Source: Eremomyces bilateralis CBS 781.70 (lineage: Eukaryota). Taken from it: 40,130 nucleotides of DNA. Under the pieces are notes generated by a model. That model saw only the letters and a program-made list of their open reading frames with translations. It had not been told where the DNA came from and ran no database searches. Made by a program: the position numbers and the translations under genes. Below are positions 1 to 12,045 of the stretch, piece after piece. Location: NCBI GenBank assembly GCA_010015585.1, contig ML975178.1, one strand, 5' to 3'. Position 1 is the stretch's first letter. The number at the start of each line of letters is the position of its first letter.

Positions 1-3000
1 ATTGGACAGATGAGAATTAAGAAAGTACTCGAAGTCCTTTGCTCCCTTTGTCTGCGGCAGCGGAGTGAGCGAACGGACTTGACGCCGTTCTCAAAAGTCA
101 AACCTAATCTGGCCTTGGCTTGGGAATCGCTATGTACCCAGAAATTCCCTCGGATCATGCCACCATAAGCGATAGTTGTGGGATCTGCAAATTAAGGGCG
201 CTGTGCCGCCAAGAGTGGACTGGACTGTTGGGATGTGAGAGCCCGTAGCCGATGGTGTGGGGAGCGGATGAGGGACGTTCATTTTATCGTCAACAGGGCC
301 AAACCATGATAGGAAAGGTGTCGCACAAGCGCGGAGGCTTTGCCGGTGCACCGGAGGACCAGCGTTTTCATCCCCAGTCGCCCCAGAGACCCAGGCAAAT
401 GATGAAAATGAGATGCTAGTACGGACGCGGGTCGACGGAGTACTCCGTGGTTCATGACGGAATTCGGGAATATCGTGGTTAGGGAACCAGAACAAAGCGA
501 TATTTTGACTGTGGGGGAATATCAACGACCAATAATACCGATCTCAATCGCCATCGAAATGCAAGGAAATTTTCAGCAGCGTCAGGTTGTTTTCCATTAT
601 TAGCCGCCTCATCCGTAAGGATTAAGGAACTACAATACCAATACGACATGGGCTGCTGCAACCTGCACATGGCACCAAAGGACCGAAGTGACATGAAAGC
701 TGAAAGTCGATAGAGCTAAGGCAGGATTGGTGGGGGCAAATTTGACCATTGAGCAATGGGGACTGGTAAGTCATAATAGGAGTCCAAAACCTAATCTTCG
801 AAGCTTTGCATAACGATGATCGCTTATAGAACGACGATGCGATTGAACCGAAATTTCAAAAGTTGAAACAAACGTCCTGAAAGATCGGGACCATCTCACG
901 CACGTTGTGCATGTGGGCATGTGTGTCTGATCGAGGCACGAACTCACGGAGTACCTTAGCGCTACATTAATGCCCCATTGTTAAGTCTTTTTTTATTTTT
1001 TAGAACCGCTGAAGCCAGCAGCTAAAGACCAAGACACCCTCGGCTTCTTTTAGCATCTCGCACTGGTTCCCGTAAGGCAGAAATAAGCGAAACCTCTCAT
1101 GATCTCTGCCCTAGTTTCTCAACAACGTCCAATGGGGAATCCTCCGATCTCTGAGCGAGATACGCTGGTGCCCGGTCTCAGCCTGCCCGGGGGCACGGAT
1201 CGGCATCTGTTCTTTTTTGGTCGGAGACGACCGTTGCGTCGTTGCGTCGTTTGCATCGTTGTGAAGATGGCATGCAGGTTGAATGGGCGATCATCGTCCT
1301 TTTGTTTCCGCTGGCGGGACACCACGATCCTTTTGAAAACCTGGATACTATACTGTGTAGTATCTACGCCACTTCGGCGAAATTAATTCTCGCCGAGATG
1401 AATGGGTAACATCGACTGTGGAGCAGGTTCCGTCTCCGTTCAGCACTTCACCCGTCGAGGACTACAAAGTGGGACGTCGATTCATGGCAAACTTCGAGAT
1501 GATTGTACATCCACTCCTGTTTTAAAGTTGGAACCATTCGATTTTCGATAATGGAGTTGCAGTGAGTCCTGAACTCCTGGTGTCATCGCTCAATACTTCC
1601 CCATCGTGACGACGACCCAATCCTTTCGTACATATGGCACCACCCACGAGTTTGTTTCGAGGGGCTATTGAATTCGGTTGGCCAGAGCCCAGAAGCCTTT
1701 CCCAGTCTGGTGATGAAAAGCAGAAAAAGCGAAAAGCCAACACACGTCCTGACTCCTGGCATTACCGTCCACTGCAGAGGCTACTGCAGAATGCAGATAC
1801 GACGTCAAGCGTTAAGCATGTGCTTTTGACGCGGCCCAGAATAGGGCTTGGGGAATTAGGCGCCCAATGCGCGAGACCACCATGAAGGATCCTGGTTCTT
1901 GGTCTGTCGCACTCGCGCATATCCAGCATGGAGAGACGCTGGGAGAAATCGAGCACGATCCTTTGCCTTCCGGTCATTCGGCAAAATGACTGGTTGAGCC
2001 AAATCCCCCAGGCTGAAGACTGCAGAGTGAATGGACTATTCATCAACCTTCATGCAGAGGGTTTTACCTGCTTCCGGGTATTCGGGTCATGAGTATCTTG
2101 ATCAAGTTTTCCCTTCATCCATCACCAATGGCGTCTCTTGGCCTGACATCGTTTAGGTACCAACTTGCATACTCGGCGGAGAATGCGTGATTCCAACCGG
2201 ATTTGGTGATAGTGGAGAAGTTGTTAAGGTAGCGCTGGTGACGATGGGCTAGAGACTAGAGTAGACCTGGCATCCGGAATCATTTCCGCGAAACGCCCCC
2301 TGTTATTAGTGCTCATTTCTCAAAGCCTCCCCAATCTGGGGGCTACAAGCGCCAAAGACGGCTCTTGGTTGGTACGTATAAGAACTGTGAGATTCAATAG
2401 GGATACCACTGGTGACTTGATCAGAGGCGACATTTTGCAGAGTTAACCAGTACATAGTCACATCTGATCTGTTACGACTTTATGCTGGAGAGATGCCGGA
2501 CCACTCTACTTCCGTCCCTCGTCCCTCTCAGTGCGTGCTCCGGTAAACTCCATTTTGCGATGGAATGACTGCATGGCACTAAGAGTCGATGGGGACATCG
2601 TGTGTGAAAAAGAGATAACATTTTGACCAGAGAGGAGAAGGAGAGTGCAATAAAGACAGAACATATACGTGAACTGAAGGGTATTTCTTGATCCCTAGAT
2701 AGTGTCATTTCGGGGCATCCGTGGTTTACTTGGACTTGTTGTTCATATCAGCTGTGAAGAGAAGGATCTCGTTCGCGGTATCTTTCGCTCTATGCTGTAG
2801 AATATCAATCCCATCAATACTTGGGAGATTCAAGATGAGTTTGTTAGGGCGATGTGTGTGTATATTTAAAGCTTGAGATCTAAAGTCGAAGTATAGATGT
2901 AGAGATATGATGAAGAAGTGCTGAGCGAGCAAAAGTTAGAGAGGTAATAATCGCCGGCCAAGTCTTAAAAAGGAAGTTTAACAGCACTAAACACTAGATA

Positions 3001-3497
3001 CAATGAGGGAACTGTTAATGATGGATAGCAATAAACTCTATACTACATATTATAGATTCTCGTTTATTATATCAATCTATGATTGAGTGGCTTATAATAC
3101 CACACTTCGATCATATGTACAAGTATTTGTGGCTTTAGCGATCCGATATGGTTGAACTTCTACCAGTAGTACATGTACATGGGCCTTGATATCCTAAGCC
3201 AGTGCTTCACACTCATAATCTACCATACGCTGCAATGTCGTTTTCAATATCATACCAAAGGGCCCATACGGGATACATACCATTATCTGTATCCAAATTT
3301 CCAACATTCTATCTTCGCCACCTCCTGCCTTCAGCGCCACTGATGTGATGGTCATCCCTTATTTGGCCGACGATAAAAAAAAATTCGCTTCTATCACTAC
3401 CTATTGTAAGGCGACGCAACTATGAACCTTCTTGCTCCACATGATTTATTCAGGAATCATTACGGTTGAAAAGAATGATAATATTTAAAATGTAAAC

Positions 3498-3504
3498 AAA
3501 AAAA
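3498..3504 (-). terminator. RNA polymerase III oligo-T terminator of the tRNA-Asn gene
   Basis: Run of 7 T on the minus strand starting 9 nt downstream of the discriminator base. Confidence 0.75.
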
Positions 3505-3512
3505 TCAAATTT

Positions 3513-3592
3513 CCCGGCTACTAAGACTCGAACTTAGAACCTTGCGGTGTCAAATAACAGCCGCACGCGCTAGCCAATTGCGCCATAGCCGG
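3513..3592 (-). tRNA. tRNA-Asn (anticodon GUU) with a 6-nt intron at 3549-3554
   Basis: Reverse complement folds into a full cloverleaf: acceptor CCGGCTA/TAGCCGG, D arm GCGC-AATTGGCTA-GCGC, anticodon stem TGCGG/CCGCA with loop CT-GTT-A[TTTGAC]A, T arm CTAAG-TTCGAGT-CTTAG, discriminator G. Mature length 74 nt. Confidence 0.95.
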
Positions 3593-4662
3593 TGAGGTGA
3601 TTGATAAATGAATCGGCTGTTTTCAGACTATATAGAATTTTACTCAAGCACAACCGCCAAAACTTCGGAAAATGGTTGCACCCCATACCTGGGTATACAA
3701 GCTATTATCTAATAACTAACTCAGTTATCTAAGTTAACTAGTTAGTTAACTACATTTTGATATCCACGAAAAGATATGGGAAAATAACGATCAGCATCAG
3801 CCAGTTCATTGGCAATCGTGTTCATTTCCACGAGCTTCTTGCTGCCTTGCTGCCTCGCCACCCATCCAGATCTTCTACCCTTCGTCAGATTCCCATATTC
3901 TATCAGTATTCCGCAACATATAAATCCGAATGGATCCGGTTTAGTATAATTCTATACATCTTAGTTCGACAGAATAGTAGCGCTAGTAACATACCTTAGT
4001 CACATAGGTCACTATTCGTCCGGCTCTTAGTAACAATCTGGATGGCGGGGAAGTGTATACTGTAGAGGACTTAATGGACGAAGGTTTAGGTATAGGTATA
4101 TGGGAATCAAAAGCTGGGGGCTGGCCAAAGTTTCATTCAAGCTCTTAAAGGGTAAGGAAGAGCAGAATGGTATATGATAGATAGCTTAGAGCCATGGTGG
4201 TAGGGGAACTGGCGTCTAGTGTATGACAGTTCTAACTCCACTTTCTCTTTTCATTTAGGAGTCATTTCTACACCCACTATGAACGAAAAGCCAATGTTGC
4301 GAAGCGCATGCTGCTTGTGTGAAGCCTACTCAACAATGGTAGTAATCTCCGAGCTAGTTATAGGTACATACTCAGTCGCTATACCTGGATGGTGATTGAC
4401 ATTGGCTATTGACTGACTCGACTGACCTTCCGCTGATTTTACGGGTATCCCAACCACTATTCCGGCTGAAGGCCTTCACTTGCCGAAGTCCGTTATTGCC
4501 CGGATTATGATCATTTGGGCCGAAGGTCATAGCCTCATAGCATATGGATAGCTTGCATGGCGGCATTGACTATAGGACAATTCAATCCACATACATTACG
4601 GGTATCTATCAATACAATCCCTAGATTTGCAAAAGAAAACAAACGAGCATCAGGACAAGATA

Positions 4663-5844
4663 TTACCAACCTAGGAAGACCCCCAAAAGCGCAGCCACCA
4701 AAAGGACCAAACAGGTGCTCCGCTCCAACTGTCTAGTAGCCCCAGCAAACGGAACCACCCCGCCGCTCGAAGCAGCCGCTGGAGTGATGCCAGTTCCTGA
4801 CTGCGCCGCGGCCGATCCACCGCTGCGGGTGTTCACTCCGGCAAGAAGCTCGGTGGGTATCGGACCAAGATTGATTGGGCCAGTGAAGGACACCACACTG
4901 GCAATGCTAGTGATGAATACCAACGAGGAGGCTCTTGGTGCGGTCGCAGCCGGGGTGCTGGAAGGGACGGGGCTATCGATTAGATTCAGATCAGCGGGGG
5001 GAGGGGCGACGATCTGGGTGGTCGGGCGAGATGGGGGCAGTTGGACTTGTCGAGTAGTCTGCGCTGGAGGTGGTTGTTGGGGTTGCTGTGTGGTCTGCAC
5101 CTGAGGTGGAAGGGGAGCGGGTTGGTTAGGAGGTGCTGCTTGCGCCGTGGTGAGTTGGGGTGGCGATGGTTGTTGCTGCTGGCCTCCACCGTTCTGGCCT
5201 CCCCCATTATTATTGCCACAGTCCGCATCTCCCCCTAGATCTATCCGCATCGCGACACCGGCGATGGCCGGCCTAAGCCCATTGGACGTCTGTAGACTCG
5301 CGACGTCCACGACATCACCAGCATTGGGAACCGAGTTGATTCGGGCGGAGCTTGGTTGAAGGAACATGAGGAAGGTGTACTGTCGCTGACCCTTTTCGCC
5401 TCGGCTGCCTGGCGCAACGTAGTCGACCAGCGATTGGGCTTGGGATGCGAGCTGGAGCCTGTCCCCTGATGACTTGAAGTTCGGCTGCATGAAGTGGATG
5501 ACCCGCTGAGAGCAGGTCGTGTCCAGCATCATGATTACGAAATTTGCTGTCGTGCTTATCCCGGAGGAATCGCCGAGACCAAAAGCTGGCGTGTTTGCGC
5601 ATTCTACCACGGACATTAGCCTATAAGTTTGAGATATTCATGAAGCTAAAGATGCCATACGTTGCGCTGTGAACCTTGAGCCATCTGCAAACCCGTTTGA
5701 AGCATCACCGGTATAGCTGACTTGTAGTTGAACAGTATTTTGCCGAAAGCTCTGTGACAAATCTTGTGGCACGGACTGCTGCGCAGCAGAGAGAGCCGAT
5801 AGAGCGAATATAGGAACCAGGCGGAACGAGAGGATGGACCGCAT
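4663..5844 (-). CDS. Secreted, probably GPI-anchored PEBP-like (phosphatidylethanolamine-binding protein fold) surface protein, ~374 aa; exons 5844-5661 and 5603-4663
   Basis: A 57-nt intron (GTATGG...GCTAAT...TAG, 5660-5604) joins two ORF-track fragments in frame. Signal peptide MRSILSFRLVPIFALSALSAAQ. PEBP-like segments LQVSY, FVIMMLD and DYVAPG..KGQRQYTFLMFLQP. Then a G/N/Q- and P/T/S-rich stalk and a hydrophobic C-terminus LVLLVAALLGVFLGW. Confidence 0.75.
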
Positions 5845-6977
5845 GATGAAAGTACACTCAGGAAAACGCAATGACACGCTTTAAAGAATCACAAAGCGAG
5901 CGTCGCTGGATGAGAATGAGTTGAGATAGAAAGGCAACACAAAAGAAACAGAACAGAATCAGGAATGATATACATTATTTCAACAGATCCCTTGACCGAA
6001 GCGAAGCCCTCCAACGCGACTCCTGAAGCCGTTATCGTTAGCACGCGTTTGAGGTATTCCTGGGCAACGCAACAGATCGGAGGCTCGTTGCAAATGTTGA
6101 CCCTGTCATTAGTCCGGTTTCTATTGAGCCGAGCGGTGGCTCCCAATGATGAACACCTGAAGCGCTTCGTGAAGGGAAGTGGAAATAGATTTCTATGTTG
6201 GTCGGCGGCGCAGTCGCGTTTCAGAGCTGGATCATGAAGCGCTTCGCGTTAGACACCGGATGAGTGACCCCCGTTCTATGAATGAAATTCAGCGCCACTG
6301 TCGCGGACCATGGACCGCTGGCTAGTGGGCAGAACTTATGAAAAGATTCGAGAGTCGTTGTTTGAAGGACTGCAGGTTTGAGAGGAGGTTGAAAGATAGA
6401 TCGATGAAGCCCCAAGGCCCAAGCCAGGAGTGCTGTCAGGTGGTTGGCAGTGCATGTGACCCACGGAGGCACAAATGTTTATGCTTTGGAGCCTGAGGCT
6501 GCAATATTCCATCGCGCCAAACTGATTTTCGTCATTCCGTCACGAATGGGAATCAAATTGTTAAAGTTGAGAGAGATGAATTATTCAAAGGATATCTCGC
6601 TATTCTGCCGCTGTTATGTACCCCAAGCTAATCGCTCCAAAGCCCAGAGCCCCGAGATACCACTATGGAAATTTGACCTACCTGTACTTGTCTTGATTCG
6701 GTCTCTCCCAGCGTCGTCCGCGTCTAATCCCCTCGCGGCTGCATGGCCCGTCCACCCCATCTCGCACAGCTCAGCCTCCACAGCGTCTTCTCCCTTGCGT
6801 GACTCGAACAAACATCCTCAAACCGATACACCGACGTCCTCTTACGTAGTCCTCATGGGCGTTCCCGATGGATGCGGCAGCCGCTCTGACTAATGTGGTT
6901 TCCAACGCGAGAGACCTCTCAATCGAAGACAAGAATGATTAATGAGCCATAGTACCCCCTATCCCTACTTCACCACT

Positions 6978-8797
6978 TCACCTCAACATGCCACCCCTCT
7001 CCATACCTGCCACGCCCTTCGACGGCGCCGCCACCGGTCCACCGCTCTTCTTCTCGAAGATCTTCCAGAACTTCAGACTCTCGTCCGCCGCGGCGGTCGC
7101 CATCGTCTGTCCATCGGGGCTCAAGCAGCTGTGAAGGACGCGAGATTCATGGGCGGGGATCTCGATGTTCTTGACGAGCGATGGGTAGGACCACACGCTG
7201 ATCGAGTTGTCGGGGAACCCGGAGGTCGAGGCGATCTCCTTGTACCCGGTCGACCACCGCAAGCTGGTAACCTGGCTTCCGGTATCGATGCTGTTGACAC
7301 GGGCGCCGGTCGTAGAGTTCCAGAAATGGATATGACGATCGTGGCTACCGCCGCCAGTTGCCAGAAGATTGTTCTGCCAAGGGCACCAGGCCAGAGCCTT
7401 GACGGCAGCGTTGTGGTTCGTCTTAGAGAATTTAGGGGCTGCGAGGCTGCGGGCGTCCCAGATGGAGACGAGGTTGTCGTTGCCGCCCGACGCGAGTTGG
7501 GCGCCGTCGGCGCGCCAGTCAAGGCCGCAAACTTCGCCGGTGTGGGACTCGAGGTCGGCGATCTTGTGCTGGGCGATGCGAACGTCGTGATTGAAGAGCC
7601 AGCCGTTGCGAGCACCGGTTGAGAGAACGTGCTTGGACCATGCTGGGGATTACGGTTAGCGTGGTTCGATGACAGTGGCATTGGAATTAGGAACTTGAAC
7701 CCACCTTGAACACTGACCCGAGACTCGTGCCCGTACATGCTTCGGAGTTTGGTCTGCTCTTCCACATCCCAAATCTGAACTTCGCCGGTACCAAGCCCGA
7801 CGCTGACGTAGGCTCCATCACCGCTCCACTTGAGGCTCGAGACGTATGTGTCAGGAGTCGACTCAAGAAGCATATTCACCCCTCCGCTCTCGGCTGACCA
7901 GATGTAGACAGATTGACCCAAGCCGATCGCAACCTGGTTATTGCAAGACCAATCCAGAAGGTTGAGATAATAGTCATCGACGATGCTCGGAGCATCCAGG
8001 ACTCGTTCAGGAGAAGTAAGGATGCGTCGTCGAAGCTGCCCATTGATCGAATTGGCTGGCTTGAGAGGTCGGTTGTACTGTGACCGCAGGTCGATCGGTT
8101 TGGATGACTCTGGTGGAGCCGGCTTGAATGCTAGAATGCGAGTATTAGTATTAATGCCACATGCAGATGCAAGTGTCGATTCGTAAGCGGCCGTGTCCCG
8201 CGCGGGCTTTGTGTAGGACTTCCGCTCATTTCCGTCATCGTCTCGGTCGTTCAAATTCAGTCCGTCAAGGGATAGAGTCAAGTCGTCTGATGATCCATGG
8301 CCTCCAAGAGTGAATGCATCCGCTGCCGAGGAAGCCAGCACTGATGAACCCGCCGACGCCGAACTTGAGCTTGACTTCGGTCGGTCCAGCTTGTTGATGC
8401 CCATCTTGCAGCTCTCTTCGCTTGCTGTCCGGTTTGGGATGAATCGGTCAACGGCATTGAAGGGAACCCGAACTGTGGATTTCGGTCGGATGCGGCTACT
8501 TGTTGGTCGAGCTTTTGATGGTGATGTACCAGTACCCGTCAGAGCCCATTCGGATAGACCGAGATCAAGTCTTCGAGGGGAGTCCTTTGCAATGTTCGAC
8601 TTGGCAGACTTCCGTATCGTTGACTTGGAGATAGCATGGGCAAAGGTGGGGGTGGTGTGAATTGACTCTGGGGTTTTGGAGACGGTGATGTTTGAATTGC
8701 GGGCCTTTGGGGAAGGGGTCAGCGGCATCCGACTGCCAGCAGTACGGATGGAGAATTGACGGCCTTTGATAGGCGTGCAAACGTCCACTGTCGCCAT
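6978..8797 (-). CDS. CDC20: APC/C activator Cdc20/Slp1 (WD40), ~585 aa; exons 8797-7705 and 7642-6978
   Basis: C-box DRFIPNR, KILR-like RILAF, LDAPSIVDDYYLNLLDWS, WD40 repeats, AAADESLKFWK and a C-terminal LR tail. A 62-nt intron (GTGGGT...GCTAAC...CAG, 7704-7643) restores the frame as RVSVQ-AWSKHVLSTGAR. Confidence 0.95.
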
Positions 8798-9685
8798 TCC
8801 GAAAAAGGAGTGATGAGGAGCGGAATTAGAGAGGTGTTGAGGAGGATATGCAATGCAGGCAACGATCAAGAAGCAAAATGCAAAATGCAAATAACTGAGG
8901 GGGTGTTTTTGAGTTTTTCGTAAAGTATGCAAGATGTGTGATACAAAGGTTTTGTAAAGGTGTAGAAAGAAATGGATGGTGATGGGAGCGGAGGAAGGTT
9001 TTATGTTTGGGGTTGGTTGGCACAGCGACGACGGAGGTGGATTGGTGGAGGGGCAGTGCGGTGGTTGAGCCGCCAACGTCATCCACTGGGCAACGAAGTT
9101 CAGCATCAAGGAGGTCCGATCCCATCATTGCGAGGCTTTCATGAGTTTCAAGTCTTATTGGGAGGAATAACTTCAAGCTGCAACCTGTGGAAGTTGGTAA
9201 TTGCATGGTTATTCCCTTGGACTCCCGCTGTTCGTACACTGCAAGAACCGCGGAGTGCAGGGCCACGAATGGTTTCCGATAGTCGATCCCAAGCCAATCC
9301 ATCCCTAATTCAATTATCGAGTCCTCTGGTATCGGCATGATGCTGCAACAGAACCGCAGATTCTCTACTGGGATCTACGAGCCTTGCTCTCGATGATCAC
9401 CAACAGCCATCTGGGGAGAGCGGGGCGGAAAGACTGGAGCGGAGCGGAGATGGAACTCCAGTCAGCTGGAACCTCGGGCGGAACGTTCCGAGACACACTA
9501 GTCTGGATTGGGATGCCACGATTGACATTTGCCAGCCCCCTCCTACCAGTCCGACATTTTGTGTTCACCGTCGTGATATCGTCCCGCTTACCATTGTTTT
9601 CAACCCTTCCTTGGACAATACGGAGACATGTCTCTCGATGTCTGACTGAAGAGCAATCCCTACATAGATCTATATCCTATGAAAC

Positions 9686-12045
9686 ATGGACAGTCGTCCT
9701 CCACCATTCGTTTCCAACCATTCAAACACTCCCCAGAACGTCGCTGGGAGCGCCCAAACCCCCGCATCCGGGTCGTCGAACAATACCTATCTCATGTCTG
9801 CGAGTCCGGTCCGTCCTCGCAGGGGTAGCAGCGACAATGGCTACAAACCGAAGATCATTACCACCGTTGGCGCTCGACCAGCATGCTTAGTGAATGCTTC
9901 GGTGACCTACGTCGGAACTGACCAGATATACGCTTTTGGCGGTTTTGATCAATATACGGATGAAGGTGAGGAAAGCATCCAAAGCGACTACGATTGTACT
10001 AACACCTTGCAGTGTACAACCATGTTCTCAAGCTCGACCTGGCTACCCGACAATGGAGTCTAGTAGATAACTTCGGCGATATCCCGGGTGTTCGTATGGG
10101 CCATACCGCGACTTTATGGCAGGGAGATAAACTTCTTGTCTATGGAGGCGAGAACGAGCACCGTTTACATCTGTCGGATGTCATCATCCTCGACCTCAAG
10201 ACGCTCCATTGGACACAACCTGAACTTCACGGTACCGCTCCACGAGGACGCGCTCGTCATGCAGCAGTAATTCATGATCAGAAACTCTGGATCATGGGAG
10301 GCATGAGCGGGCAGGATAGCTGGGTCCTCGACGATATCTGCTATTTGGACCTCAAGACATGGACATGGTCACGAGCGTGGAGGCTGGTACATCGCTATGA
10401 CCACACCTGCTGGATCTGGGGCGGTCGGATCTGGGTGTTCGGCGGGATCAACGAGGATATGGAGCGAAACAGCGAACTATGGTGGCTTGACCTCCGCGGC
10501 TCGGTCGCCTTCGAATCGCAAATGTCGTACGGCACCTTAGATCGAAATGGACAGCCCAAGAGATTGGGATATGCACAACAAACCCAACCGACCCCGGGCT
10601 CGACCGGATACACGGCCAATTCTAGCAGTGTACAAGTCAATTCCGGGATCAACCCTCGATCTTTACCGCTTGCTCCAGGCTCGATCTCATCGATCAAGTT
10701 TGTGGCGAGCCCGAATCTTCCATCGCAGACGCTTGGTCAACATTTCCATGCGTACTCATCTGGGTGTTTGCTCGACTTCCACACCGCTGCAAGTATCTCC
10801 AATTTTACCGACACCAGCCTCTCTGCTTTAGACTTAGAGACTCTTCGTTGGCAGCGTGTTGCAGACGGCCGCGAGCTCTTCAATATGAGCTATCGCTGGC
10901 ATTACTGCGCCATGAATGAAGACGGGACACAAGCCTGGCTTCTCGGGTGTCCCACGGAACCCAATAACCCTGCCGACGAGTATCTAAGCGACGTGCTGCA
11001 TATTGACCTGAGGAAGTTCGGCCTCTTTGGCAACGCCATGTTCGAGTCTGAAAAATCGGTCCTCCCAGCATCTGATACGCATCGATTTAGCCACCTCTCC
11101 GCTATCGGCACGGACCTTGCCAAATTCTTCGATCTGTCACCAGGCACCGGGAGTGGCACCGACTTCATCATCACTACAGAGCTCGACGAACCATCGTCGT
11201 CTCCATCGTCACCATCCTCCTCCCCCGAGCTTACCCACGCATCCCTCAACCGACCCACCCCCCTTTCCCTCTCCGCAGCACAGTCTCAAACCAGCCCACC
11301 CATCCATGTCCACAAACTCATCCTCCAAGCGCGCTGGCCGCACTTCTCTCGCCTCTACGCCGCGCAGATGCTCGAATTCCACACCAAGAAAATGCACATT
11401 CCCGAACCCTACTCCGCCGTCCGCGCGTTCCTCCTCTACCTCTACACCGACAGCATCGCCCCACCCCCCGGCACCGCCCCCTCCTCCCGCTCCTCCAGCT
11501 CCCTGAACCTCCCATCCCCCTCCACCGGCCGCCGCCAACCCGCCGGCGCCAGCCACAACCCCTCCCCAGCATCCGCGAACGATCCTCCCGGACCCTCCCT
11601 CCCCGACGTTGCCGGCATGCTCGTCCTAGCGTCGTGCTATGACATGCCGCGGCTGCGGGCACTCTGCGTGCACCGCCTCTCCCGCGAAATCGACGTGCAG
11701 AACGCGGCGGTCATCTGGGATCGTGCGTCGGTGGCAAACGAGGCGTGGCTGCGTCGTCGGGCCGCGGGGTTCTGCATGACGCATTGGGGGCGGGTGGTTC
11801 GCACGGCGGGGTTTCGGCAGTTGGGACGACGACAGGTGCTGGAGCTGTGTGGGGAGGTGGATAGTGAGGGGCGGGTGGTGGGGGGGGAAGAGTTGGAGAG
11901 AGTGGGGGGATTGGCTGGGGGACGGTTTGGGTATGGTGGGACGGAGAAGGGAGGGAGGGAGAGGGTGAGGGATGTGACGTCTGGGGAGGAAGAAGAGGGG
12001 GATGGTGACGAGGATGGAGACGGGATGGACGTGGAAGTCGGTTGA
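9686..12045 (+). CDS. ral2: Ral2-like Kelch-repeat / BTB-POZ regulatory protein, ~770 aa; exons 9686-9965 and 10013-12045
   Basis: A 47-nt intron (GTGAGG...ACTAAC...CAG, 9966-10012) gives FGGFDQYTDE-VYNHV. Kelch GG motifs (YAFGG, LVYGG, WIMGG, WVFGG). C-terminal BTB: TDFII...IHVHKLILQARWPHF...AFLLYLYTD...LRALC. The orthology call rests on this architecture. Confidence 0.85.

Noticed and set aside
130..2950. Short ORFs in the left end, including a coding-looking plus frame at 2723-2950
   Set aside because: No recognisable motif or consistent exon chain; the 2723 frame has about as many stops as random sequence.
3705..3756. TA-rich palindromic stretch (AGTTAACT copies)
   Set aside because: Low complexity; might be RIP-eroded repeat debris, but it is too short to assign.
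3860..4110. Apparent inverted repeats (CCATCCAGAT/ATCTGGATGG and GATTCCCATA/TATGGGAATC)
   Set aside because: The two pairs are not nested as a fold-back element would require, and no target-site duplication is seen.
6942..7622. 226-aa plus-strand ORF, and similar antisense ORFs over the Ral2-like gene, prpD, the SDR, ILV3 and the 1303-aa gene
   Set aside because: These are shadow ORFs expected from GC3-rich codon usage on the opposite strand; none has recognisable motifs.
8798..9109. N-terminal extension of the 662-aa ORF (7121-9109)
   Set aside because: It reads as 5' UTR-like sequence. The likely start is ATG 8797, and the ORF's tail past 7705 is intron read-through in the wrong frame.
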